Source: Epiperipatus broadwayi
Lineage: Eukaryota; Animalia; Onychophora
Assembly (NCBI GenBank): GCA_028023455.1
Contig: JAQFVV010000005.1
Coordinates: 23,002,001-23,066,000, forward strand
DNA length: 64,000 nucleotides
Reading direction: 5' to 3'
The position numbers were made by a program, and so were the translations under genes. The notes under the pieces are model-generated. The model ran no database searches and was not told the origin of the DNA. It saw only the letters and a program-made list of their open reading frames with translations. This document shows, piece by piece, positions 1-11,715 of this stretch. Each line of letters starts with the position of its first letter. The stretch's first letter is position 1.

Positions 1-332
1 ATGTTTCCGATATCTATTACAAAGTCTTTTAAAACAGGTAGCTATGAAGGAATATGATGAATTTCAGAAGTACACTCATAGATCAGCAATTTACAGAAGG
101 AAAGAAAACCATTACACCAAACTGGAGAATAGATGTTGTGTTAAAGACATAATTAGTCTGGATTTTCATTAATGTAAAAGTCATTATGTTGAAACTAGAT
201 ATCAGTTACAGCATTAATGAAAAAGCATTTCTAAAAATTCGTTAGTCAAATCTTGGTTTAAGATGAGAATTACTTGTGAAAGTTCTGCAATAAATTAAAA
301 AAATAATAATTAAAAAAAAGCAATTTTGATTT

Positions 333-440
333 TTTTTTCTCTCATATGTCATAGCATCAGCTGGGAAGCGAGCTCGCTAACCCGGGACAACTGCTTGTAA
401 AGCAGCTGTCGCTGACCTCTCGACCACCAATGCTTGACAA
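333..440 (-). mobile_element. tRNA-Val(TAC)-derived SINE, copy 1
   Basis: The reverse strand gives an A-box-like TGGTCGAGAGG, an anticodon arm GCTGC-TTTACAA-GCAGT, a degenerate T-arm and an A-rich tail. It is flanked by a 12-bp direct repeat CAATTTTGATTT (321-332, 441-452). Homologous to 1512-1622 and 60137-60250. Confidence 0.7.
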
Positions 441-1511
441 CAATTTTGATTTAAATTTATTTTTCTATTATTACTATTATTCTTTAATTAATTATATATT
501 TGAATCTATTTTGAAAAATCAAAATAATCAAATGAATGATATTACTAATGTAAACTGTCAGATTACATTCCTAAGTGTAAACTGAAATATAAGCACAGGG
601 CAAATGTCATATATATATCGTCTCATTTTTATATTTGAACAATTTTTAATTTGGTCACTATCAGATGGTAGGAACAGCTGTTCTATCAGATGAATATTTT
701 TATATAGTGAAATGTGTGTGGGAATTCTTGCTTCCACATATGCCAATTAAACATATATAGTAAGTGAAGATTGCAGTTTAACTAGTTTTTTATGTGCTCT
801 ACATTACATGCAAGTTGTTTAATAAAATTCTTGATTTTTTTTTCCATTTTTTACTGGATATAAAACATGATTCCTATTGACATAGGTCACTGACCTTCCT
901 CATTAATATTTTACACAACACAACTTTTACATTGATTTTTTTTTTCCACCAAATTTAATATTCATATTGAGCAGTTAACTGTCAATCTAATTAATTAATC
1001 TGGCATCATCACTTTATGGTTTTCATTATCCTAAATATTTTTCCTCAATATGACTGAAAATTAAATATTGCTGCATCTTCCCATAACTAAATAAGTTTAT
1101 ATTATTTCAAGTAACATAAAAGTGATTTCATTAATTATATTTTGGTTAAATCATCTCTGGTATTAAAAAAATGTTTTGCTTCTTTATTTAGTGAGTTCGG
1201 AAACAATTGCCATGAGAAATGTACTGTCTTCAAAATTGGAATACAATAATGCCCTACATTTGTAACATTTGATTCCAATCTGCAGTATAGACATTGAAAT
1301 TTATGAATAGTAGTGAACTATGCGCATTAATTTACATATATAGATATTACTGTCACGCATATAGATTTATATACATAGTGTTTATGTGCTGTGAAATAAA
1401 AAAATAAAATATTAACTTTTTAAAAAAAAAATTTTTTTGTTTGTTTTTTCAAAGACACCATATTTCTTTCAGGATGTTGTAAGATTAAAATCCAATATCA
1501 ATTTTAAGTTG

Positions 1512-1622
1512 TTTTGACAAACATTGGTGGTCAAGAGGTCAGCGACAGCTGCTTTACAAGCAGTTATCCCAGGTTAGCGGGTTCGCTTCCCGGATGATGC
1601 TATGACATGTGAGAAAAAAAAA
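1512..1622 (+). mobile_element. tRNA-Val(TAC)-derived SINE, copy 2
   Basis: TGGTCAAGAGG A-box, anticodon arm with TAC at 1555-1557, B-box-like GGTTCGCTTCC, then GATGCTATGACATGTGAG and an oligo-A tail. Inverted relative to copy 1. Confidence 0.7.
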
Positions 1623-1798
1623 TTTTTTTCCATGGATTTATACAATGTACTTTCATTCTTTCTTGAATGGGATGTCAACATGGAAATTCCATATCTCATT
1701 TCGTTGGACAATATAACTTTTTTTGCTTAAGAGAACAGTAGTCCAATCTGCATTGAGTAATCACGGATGACTCATTAAAAAAAAATCTCTTCATATAT

Positions 1799-2199
1799 TA
1801 TATTGTTGATTTCGTTGTAATTTTATTTTTTGCTATTAAGGCTTTTTGCGATTTTATATTATGAAAGTTATTAATATATAGTGTATCTGAACTTAGTTTA
1901 GTCCCATATGGCTATTTAAGTAAGATAGCTGGATTGGAAGACATGAATGTCTGAAAATTTCAGATTTTCTACTTAATAGTTATCCATTAGATAAATTACT
2001 GGGCTTGTCTTGGTATTTTTATTCTAATGCTTAAATATCCTAGTACCTCACTGAGAAAGCCAGTAGCAGAAACCAGTCTGGGGTTGGTGACATTTCTGCA
2101 AAGTTTGTTAAGAGCTTATTTGCGAGCTTTATATATAACATTTGTAATACAAGCTTGTTAAATTAGGTCATGTGACATATGCCTTGATTTCTTTGTAAT
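1799..2199 (+). mobile_element. Family B hammerhead-bearing non-coding element (about 378-nt monomer, retrozyme/PLE-like)
   Basis: Terminal redundancy TTGATTTCNTTGTAATT at 1806 and 2184 (period 378). 11-bp TSD TCTTCATATAT (1788-1798, 2200-2210). Decayed hammerhead at 2046-2083. Homologous to 14673-15176. Confidence 0.7.
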
Positions 2200-2808
2200 T
2201 CTTCATATATGTCCGTCAAAGCTGTAAAAATTATGAAGCCCTATCTCAGTCTTTTATTTGAAAGATATTATTGTAATTTTTTTAACTGGTACAAAAATAT
2301 TAACAGATTAGTGCAAAATCAGAAAGAAAATATATATAATATTAAAAATGCAATATGTGAATATATACATCTTGGATATGTATTTTTATATCTTTGCTTG
2401 TTAATGTTAACATACTAATATTTTGGCCACATCACATCTGCCATTGCTTAGATAGTAGAGACCATTTAAATGGTTGTTGTAGTTTATGCAAAATAGTTGG
2501 TGGAGTGACTTTTTAGCTGTGGTCCAGTTAAAATGTTGATATATGAGTAATATATTGTATATTTTGCAGCTCCGAAAAAGACTGTTGGAGGTCAAAACTG
2601 TTAACTTTTTTGGAAGTTTAGTTATAATGAAATGTTATACTTGTATTAAGTACATAGAAGAATTCCTTGATATTGTTTGTTTATATCACTAATAATTAAA
2701 TTATACGGAAGTGTCATATGTAACTAATCAAATTAATTCACAATATTTTTGATTTGAACTCATAATCTTGTAAGCTCCCAACCACTGAAAAAGATACCAG
2801 ACTGACTT

Positions 2809-2861
2809 CTCTCACTACAAATGTATTTCATGGAAAACCTCCTATCATCAGGTAGTGAGAG
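2809..2861 (-). ncRNA. Type I hammerhead ribozyme-like motif (isolated copy)
   Basis: The minus strand reads CTCTCACTAC-CTGATGA-TAGGAGGTTTTCCAT-GAAA-TACATTT-GTAGTGAGAG: perfect 10-bp stem I and intact core boxes, with imperfect stems II and III. Confidence 0.55.
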
Positions 2862-3059
2862 TTCAAATACCTAAATATCATAACCAGGAATGATAGGTTG
2901 ACTTTTTATCGAAATACCATGATTACATACAAACATCAAGCAAATGTATATGGACAAATCTGAGATGTATGTTTATATTAGTAAAAAGGTTGGCAAACCA
3001 GTCTGTGGACCAGAAATGTGTCTACATGTAGAATTATGCTAGCTATTTTCTGTTATTTG

Positions 3060-4900
3060 ATATATTATAATGTTATCTTTTAATTTCTTCAGCAGAAGAC
3101 AAATACCTGGACATCATGTCTAAATGTAGTTCCCCAATATATTCTATTTTTTGCCATGAATATCTTTTAAATAATCCTCTATCTCTCCCATGAAAACCAT
3201 GTTCCAGTTCTCTTTTAGAAAATCTTGCATTGTTCATTTGTTTTACATGTCTATCTAATGAAGGTGTGAACAATAATGGACTTCACATCCAGCAAGTTTA
3301 TTGGTTTTATGATCTTGCTGTTGTATTTATAACATATTGTGGAGCTTCCTTAAATGAAACTTCTCTAATACTTTTATATTACATCCATAGGATATCCAAA
3401 TCTCATTTCTATACAATAAATTAGGTAAAATAACAGCTCCATATATAGCTAACTTAGTTACAATGTTTCTCTGCGATTAAATAGTAATCTTTTATTTTGT
3501 TCAAAGTAGTGGCAGCATATTAGAATCTGAGTTGTACTTCAACATCTAAGTCCACCTTTCTGCATATAAAACTATTAAAATATTTAAATGGTTCCTCAAG
3601 TTGTTAACCATCCAAGTTAAAAGTTGCTGAGGATATTTCTTCTACAACTAGTTGATAAAAAACTTGAATATTTTGAATATTAATTAATAAACCAAAATCT
3701 TTATATATTGCATTCAAAACATTATGTATATTCTATAAATCATCATGAACTGAGAAAAAAACATCATCATATTTTAAATCCAGAATCCAAGAAGAATGAA
3801 GTTTTTGTTTTCACTTTTAGTTGATTCAAATTAAAAATTCCATGGCTACAGCTGTATTGAATCTTGATACCTGTTTCATTAAGCCACCTATAAACACTTT
3901 TATCGTAAAGATTGAAAACAATCTTGGAGCAAGTATATTTACTTGTTTAAGACTAAATTTTCATTTCAAATGTGTTAGATTTTTCATCCATAGTAATAAT
4001 ATCTTTTATTCCACCATGCAGAAGTTCTATAATGTGAATAAATTTTAGGGGTCAACACAACCAATTTCAAATAACACCATAGACCTGTCCTATTAATTGC
4101 CTTGACTGAATTAATAAAAGCAATATATAAATCTCCTTTGAATCCAATACTTTTTGTGTTTGACTGGAAACAAAAACCAAATCTATAGTGCTTCTTTATT
4201 CTCTAAATCACATTAAGTCTCTGGATCATTCATCTATGATTGGAAGCAACCTATTCAACAAGTCCTTGAAGGTATTTTTACTATAGTGAATAATACTATT
4301 TCATGATAATTACTGCAATCTTGCCTATTCTCTTTTCTTTTGGAAATTGTAACAGTAAGAGCACCCTTAAGTTCAGGTGGCACAACTTCATGGATTCGTA
4401 TTTCCCTATAAACATTTCAATATTTTTGAAGTTAACATATTACCATTTTATTTTAAAACATCTCCAAGTATTTCATCATGGTCTGCAGCCTTTGCACTTC
4501 TAAAATTATCAAGAGCTATTTCACCTTCACTAAATTGGATATCTTTGTCCAAATCTAAAGGAGTAGATAACATGGATATATCGTGAAAAGTCATTATTTC
4601 AATTCTTGTATCATTATTTGAAAGATCATCAAAATACTCCTTTCAGCTATTTCAAATATCATTGGCATCTTATAGGAGAGTGTTATTACTGGATTTAATA
4701 GGATTGCGATATCATTTCTTAGATCCATGTTTTCTTTTAATCCATCAAAAGATGCATAATGATTACAATCACTGAATGTGTTTATCTTTGCAATTTTAAT
4801 CCATCAATTATTTGGCGTCTATCTTCTAATTTGTGTCAAGTTCTATATTTAATTTGTTATTCTACCAAGCAAAAATGTCACATTTCTTTTTAATCATTCC
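3060..4900 (-). mobile_element. Decayed LINE reverse transcriptase region
   Basis: Minus-strand translations KGDLYIAFINSVKAINRTGLW (about 4080-4140) and SLKQVNILAPRLFSIF (about 3905-3955) match the RT motifs FIDFxKAFD and GVRQGxxLSPxLF. Many stops. Confidence 0.6.
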
Positions 4901-5279
4901 CCACTTTCTACCTTTTGTATGTTATATTAATTTTTATAATTACTAATGCTAATAACATATCCAGGATATAGCAATTTGTTATGGCATTAATTGTTACTAT
5001 TACTAAATGCTAATAGCGTAGCCCAAAATAATTGGGATTTTGTTCTCATATTTTTCTATTTTACAGATATAAAAATTTATCTTAGTTTTTTTTTTAATAT
5101 ATTAGAAGCTTTTTACTGTATACATATGTATATTCTCTGTTAAATAATATTTGCTAATGGTTGTTTTTTTTTTTTTTTTTTGATTGCCAATATAATTTTA
5201 TCATTTTCATTTTTAATGGATACAAATATTGGGGAACTATGATTTGACCTTTCTTATCTCAAATAACAATCATTTCCAC

Positions 5280-5362
5280 TTCTCTCTCTCTCTCTCTCTC
5301 TCATATGGCTTTAAATCTCCCGGTCCCTCCCCCTCCCCCCCACTCACTCACTCACTCACTCA
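5280..5362. repeat. (TC)n and (ACTC)n microsatellites
   Basis: Seen directly at about 5280-5302 and 5341-5362; each is followed by CATATGGCTTTAAAT. Confidence 0.85.
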
Positions 5363-6176
5363 CATATGGCTTTAAATATAATTTATTAAAGTGTTGAAAA
5401 TTATATAATAATATATTTGAATAATTATGTTCATCTACAGTCTTTTTTTATTGTTTTTTAAAATAAGTACTGTACAAATGTAAGGTATTTTTTTATCAAA
5501 TGATTTGTTACTGAATGAGTTCATGTAAAATTCAAAACCCAGAAGAGACAGATTTGAGCAATGATTCATGGACTCTCTAGTAACCGCCTTCCTATCATTA
5601 CATTAAGACGTGCAAATCAGTATTTAAGCTAATTCAAGAGTTTATATCTATAAGTATGCATAAAAAAGTGTGTGTAAAAAAATCAAAATATCAGTTTTTT
5701 GTTACAGAGATGAACTTAAAAAGTATATTTTTAAAAGATAACCAGATTTTGTTTTCCAGGATTAATCAGTATTATAAGAATAAATTATTAGGAATGATGG
5801 ATGAAGCCAGAGAAATTAGTAAAAAAAAAAATTGATTTAAAAAGAGATGGAAAATCAATATTATAGAACTTTTTAACCATCTGAATCAACTGTGGAGAAA
5901 ATAATGAAAAAGGTCCAAGGATTTTAGATTTTGGAAATAAAAAATGAATTTAGTGGTACAGTTATAATTTTATGCCTAAAAACAAAATAAAAAAAGTAAT
6001 AAATGCTTTGTTGCTAGAAAAGGCATAATTTATTCGAGCTGCAATCCAAGGATCTTATAACTCTCAAGTCTGTCAATTTTAGTATTGCAGTAACTACGCA
6101 AGGCATTCCAGTGAGTGATAAATTTTCAGTGGTAAAACAACTTTTGAGAGATGACCAGTAATAATCATGATTTTAA

Positions 6177-6430
6177 ACCACTAAACATCACATGATCACT
6201 ATCTCATACTAGCACATAATTATTATTAAACAATTCAAAACAAAGCAAAACTCTCCATATAGTAGTGCCATCTTGTGCTAACAAGAGCAATCAATGGATG
6301 CCAGAAGGCATGTGCATAAAATGGCACTAGATAGGGATTTTATGCACATGCCTTCTGGCATCCATTGATTGCTCTTGTTATCACAAGATGGCACTACTAT
6401 ACGGAGAGTTTTGCTTTGTTTTGAATTGTT
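6177..6430. mobile_element. Family A fold-back insertion (hairpin of the monomer 3' part, no ribozyme)
   Basis: About 100-bp inverted arms around GGCACTAGATAGG; 15-bp TSD TAATCATGATTTTAA (6162-6176, 6431-6445). Confidence 0.8.
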
Positions 6431-7922
6431 TAATCATGATTTTAATGAAGTAGAAAATATGTGTGAAAAAAATTGAAAAAGTTGTTGAAAAACAATAATC
6501 AAAATAAATGTATTGTTATAGCAACAGATTATAATGCTGTAGTAAACAAAGAAAATATAATAAAATTATTGAATAAGAAGTTAATAATGGAAATGAGAGG
6601 GAAAGGAAGTGGATGATTGATAAATTTTTATAGAATAAGGTAGGAATGAATTGGATTTAAAAAAAGGATTTCTATTAGGTGGTAAAAATGAATTGTGTTT
6701 ATTAATAATACATTTATTAGAAGTGAATGCTTGTACCCTAATGCATCACAATTATTATTGGGAAGAGGGGTATGTGCACTTGAATTCATATCTCACGGGA
6801 AGTTTGTATATAGTGAGATTAAAACAAATATTTGCTTTGAGTGAGAAGCTTTGTCACATAAAAGCTGATAGATTTTCAAGCTATTCTTGTTGAGGCCTAA
6901 ATATAAAGAACCAAGATTCAAGGGACAAAAATGAGACTAATTCAAATGATAAGAATATATTTTTTTACATTTGCAATAATTATTTACAGGTAAAACTTTT
7001 TCACATCAGAGGGAGCTAGTGATCCATTTTATGACAAAAATATTTTTAATGATTAAAAATTGATTAACACTATGTAATCGCAGTATTTTCCAAAGCAAAA
7101 GGGTTTGGTGTAGTAAATCTTAGTTTTAGTATGATTCCCAATTTAATTTAACTGCTTTTGTGGTGAATCAAAGCTATACTGCAGTAAGCCAAAGCTTTGC
7201 AATCTTTTTCTGTTAAACCAGAACTATGTAGTATTCTTTATTGTGTGAACTGCGTATTTTCTTGTCATAAAACTATATACTGTTTGTTTCAAATCATCAA
7301 TGACATTGAGTAACTTGCTAAAAAATTATCTCATGAGCTAACTTGGAATAAGACTCACAGATAAGTCATCATTAAGTTTTAAAAGGATTTGTGACCCAAT
7401 TAACTTGAGAAATATTAAGTTGGATTAACCCTTATCACTAAACTTTTGTTATTCAATATGATTATTTTTAATTTTCATTTTGTTATTTAATCTGTTTACA
7501 ATTCTAAAATGAAATTATAATCAATGAAGTGATTAAAATCGTAAAGCTGTTCTTTCTTTGTTTTTCCAGTTGATTAATAAGATAAAATTATTCTAGATGA
7601 AATATAATTTGTATTGAACTAAATGTATTTTATATTTTGATTAGCTTGAAATAGTTACATAATTGAACCTATATATATATATAGTGAAACAACCACATCC
7701 CTTCACTTATCAATGACTAAAAAAAATACAGTGAAAATAAAATAGAAATTAGTAAAAATATATACAGAATATATTTTTATTTTCTGATTCACATTGTAAT
7801 TGATTGGCTATTGTAATCTGTAATTGCTTGGTACTGTAATTGCATTGCATTGTATTGTATTGTTGAGTGTATAGTTGCTCCCCTCTAAAACATTTGAAAT
7901 TACAGATTATCAATTTAATATC

Positions 7923-8168
7923 ATCACATGATCACTATCTCTTATACTAGCACAATTGTTATTAAACAATGCAAACTCTCCATACAGTAGGTGCAGTGCT
8001 CTTAGATCCAAGGCTCCTCACTGATGAAGGCCACAAGCCAGAAACTAATCTGGAGATATTGGAAGAGCAGGCACTAGGTAGGGATTTTATGCACAAGCCT
8101 TCTGGCATCCATTGATTGCTCTGATTGGCACAGGGTGGCACTACTGTATGGAGAGTTTTGCTTTGTTT
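7923..8168 (+). mobile_element. Family A insertion with 5' inversion and decayed hammerhead
   Basis: CCTCA-CTGATGA-AGGCCACAAGCCA-GAAA-CTAATC at 8016-8050; TSD AATTTAATATC (7912-7922, 8169-8179). Confidence 0.75.
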
Positions 8169-8689
8169 AATTTAATATCGTCAGATATTATATATTTCAT
8201 CATCAATTTTCATCACAAGAAAAAAGAAGTTAGTAACTTCATTTTTGTCGATATCTTAATGTGTATATATAGTTTTTGAATATATTAATGATTAAAAATT
8301 ATAAGTATATTTTGTGTTTCTATTTTCTTTTAAAATTTCATCCAGTTTTTGCTAAATTCAATATACATGATTTAATATCATTATTTTGAAAATCCATATA
8401 TAATTCGTAAGGAGAATTCAGAAATATATAATAAAAACAGAATTATATAGTGATGAAATGTTTTTAAATATACTAATATTATTAAAAATATTGGCATATA
8501 CTTTATTATTTGTTGATGTCTTAACATGTTACATAGTTTTTAAATTAATTTGTATCATGGATATATAAATGTAGAACTGTATATATTACATAGCATTTGG
8601 TAATTATCCATGGGTTTAGAATATCCACAGAGAGTTTTGGAACCAAATACTATGGGTATAGCAGTTCTACTGTTTGCTCTGTATAGTTT

Positions 8690-8800
8690 GACACTGTGCT
8701 AGAGCATTAGACTGAAGCTCAAGATCCATGGATTACTTCCGAGTTCTGTCATTTCCGGTGCTCAGACTCTTGAGTTATACATCATTCAGTTTTTTTAAAT
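8690..8800 (+). mobile_element. Decayed tRNA-like SINE fragment
   Basis: Shares GAAGCTCAAGATCCATGGATT with 21165-21245 (inverted); tRNA-like AGAGCATTAGACT. Confidence 0.35.
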
Positions 8801-8817
8801 ACAGTTTCTATAATTTT

Positions 8818-8968
8818 CACATGATCACCATCTCTATACTAGCACATAATTGTTGTAAACAAAGGCAAAACTCTCCATACAGTAGTGCCACCCTGTGCCA
8901 AACAGAGTAATCAATGGATGCCTCTGTTTGGCACAGGGTGGCACTACTGTATGGAGAGTTTTGCCTTT
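8818..8968. mobile_element. Family A short fold-back insertion
   Basis: Inverted arms CAAAACTCTCCATACAGTAGTGCCACCCTGTGCCAAACAGAG; 14-bp TSD GTTTCTATAATTTT (8804-8817, 8969-8982). Confidence 0.8.
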
Positions 8969-9554
8969 GTTTCTATAATTTTGGCTGAAAAGGACAAAGC
9001 TTTATTACTATTTTCTTATAAATTTCAGAATCATTTTCAATTTTCTGCCTTTTGGAGGTTATATTTAATAATATATTATGTAATTCAATATAAGATTACA
9101 AACACAAAGTATAGATAAAGATACACACATATATCATTTAAATCTCAAATATGACTTTAAATTCAACGTTCAATTTGTATTAAAATGTTTATTTTTAAAA
9201 AAAAAAAAAATTTCAAAAATTAATATATACAGTATATTCCATTTTTGAAATTTTTTGGGAAGATAATTTTATGGGGGGGGGTATTTAAAAATGAATTATT
9301 GTACTTTAAAGCAAATTAAATGTTTATAATTCTATTTTATTGTAATATTGTTTTAGATTTAAATTATGTATATAATTGTTGCAAGTATAGATATATAAAA
9401 TACAGCAGTGATTCATAATAAAGGAGAATAAGGACCAGATCTCCACTATTAAGGAAATTAGTAAGGGAAGCAGATTCTTTTATTGCATTTAACAGTAAAC
9501 CCATATTACTATTTCATTTTATTAATTTAATAAAATATCACATGATTCTAGTTT

Positions 9555-9725
9555 ACATTCTTTCTCTCACTGCAGTTATGCCACCTAGTGTAAGCTTGAG
9601 TAATCAATAGAAGCTAAATGGCACTTAATAAATTCCTATCTTATGCTGTTCTATCCAATGCATCCAGGTTAGTTTTTAGCTTATGGTTCATCAGTGAGGA
9701 GTTTTGGATCTTGATCAAAATCAAA
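9555..9725 (-). mobile_element. Old family A copy
   Basis: Minus strand GATCCAAAACTCCTCA-CTGATGA-ACCATAAGCT-AAAAACTAACC, colinear with family A downstream sequence. Confidence 0.6.
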
Positions 9726-10424
9726 AAGAAATTAAAAAGGAATCATCTTGCCATTGGTTTTTTTTTAATTTCTTTTAATTTTTTCTATTTAGGGGAAAAA
9801 AAGGGAATTTGAAATTTTCCCTTTTACAATCAAATAAACTTAAAGTTTTGCTCTGATTAATGTTATTATTGCTTTGATCCTCAATCCTTGTCATTAAGAG
9901 ATTAGTCCTTTCAGTAATAAAGCTATTGTGCTTTCTAATTGTTTAATGCTTTTAATTTCTTTTATAAAATTTTGGTTCTGCTTATTTGTGAACCAATCCT
10001 ACCTTACTGCTATGAAATCATAAACACATGACTCTCTCTTACTTTGGATTATTTCATTATTTAAAATAAGACTTTTCATCAAGGAAGGTGAAACGTTTTT
10101 CCAAAAAGTTTATTTGTGATGTATTTAATTAGAAATATATATAATAAAAAATAAAATATACTTGTGATCACTAATATTACAATGTATTATAACCCAGTAA
10201 CAAAATAACTGGTTCTCTCTTCAAGTTAACTTGAGTATTATCTCTGAATTAAAGCACATGTAAACATACAACATGGTTTAGCTATTCATCATTAAAATTT
10301 TAAGGTGCTACTCTTTCCGGATCACAAGTTATGACATGAAATGTGACAGTATATTTCGTACCTTAACCTATGATGGAATGGAACAATCCATTAACATTAA
10401 ATTTTATTTTAAATTATGTTAAAG

Positions 10425-10560
10425 TACTAGCGAAATGTTTGAAATGAATCAAATTGTGACATGAGTCACAAAGAATGTTTTCAAGTGGTTTGCAAGATTT
10501 CATGATGGCATGGAAAACATTGAAGATGAACCATGGAAGTACAAACATCACATTTTGTGT
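10425..10560 (+). mobile_element. Mariner transposase N-terminal fragment
   Basis: Translation KNVFKWFARFHDGMENIEDEPW matches the mariner HTH-linker motif VFxWFKRFxxGxxxLEDEPR. Confidence 0.6.
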
Positions 10561-11237
10561 CATAACATATGATCCAGCATGCTAATACCTTAAACTTTTT
10601 GTGATGATTGTTAAACTATGTCATTCCATAACACATGCATTCATTCAGAATTGGTCATACAAACAATTTGGAAAAAGAACTAGATCCTTTTTTACTGGGC
10701 CACAACATATATGTAAATAGTCTAAAAAATTAGCTAGTTAATCCTGATTTTCATTATTAATAGGATTAAAATTACATTTGGCTACTGTTTATTCAATCAA
10801 GTATTATCAGTTTTTATCATTTATGTATGGTAAATCCAATACTAATTTTAAAGTATTCGATTGTAAAAAGATTAAGGCAAAGATAACCGTAGTCAAGATC
10901 TGTCAGAACATGACTCCTCTCCTGTAATAAAGACTATTATAGTATAACCATTTTTTATAATCAGCTCATTGACCAACCCAAATTAACTCGATATCTTGAT
11001 TGTTTTAGTTAGTAATAGCTAGATGCCTGTTTACTGACAATACTCTTGGGTGGTTAGTCAGATTGGCTATTTATCTAAAAAAAAAAAAATTCTAAGCCCT
11101 TTTGTTAACTGGAAAAAAAATCAAAAATTCATCTTGTTCAGATTCAAACCTTCCTTAATTGTAAACATGACAAGTAGATATGGCTACCAATATACTAATT
11201 AGCCTTTTTATAAAGAAGTCGATTATATATTTGTATT

Positions 11238-11715
11238 ATCATCATCATCATTGTCAACCATTATCAATCCACTGCAGGATGTCTCTCCGAGTTCAATCCA
11301 TCTCTGATCTCTAGCCTCTCCTCCAAATCATCCCTGCACACTCTTATTTCATCCATCCATCTCACATGTGGTATCTTTCTGTGTCTTTAACAATCTTTTG
11401 GAATCCAGTTTAAGATTTCAATTGTCCATCTATTATCATTTCTTCTAGAATGTCCAGCCCAACTTCACTTCAGTCTTTTAATTCTTTCAACGATGTCAGT
11501 AATACCTGTTTGTTCTCTTACCCATATATTACTTTTTCGATCTTTTCTTGTTATTCCTAACATGCATCTCTCCCTACTTCTTTGAATGGTCTGAAGTCTC
11601 TGAATTGCTATTCTAAGTGTCCAAGTCTCAGATCCATAAGTAAGAACTGGTAAAACACATTTATTAAAAACCTTCCTTTTCAAACACCCAAAGCACTCCA
11701 ACCAAATTTAAGTTT
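11238..11715 (-). mobile_element. RTE-clade LINE 3' end, 5'-truncated
   Basis: ORF 11465-11701 VFNKCVLPVLTYGSETWTL...CMLGITRKDRKSNIWVREQTG, then WAGH; (TGA)n tail. Confidence 0.9.

Noticed and set aside
1512-1600. Functional tRNA-Val gene
   Set aside because: Copies are diverged, have A-tails and one has a TSD, which fits a SINE.
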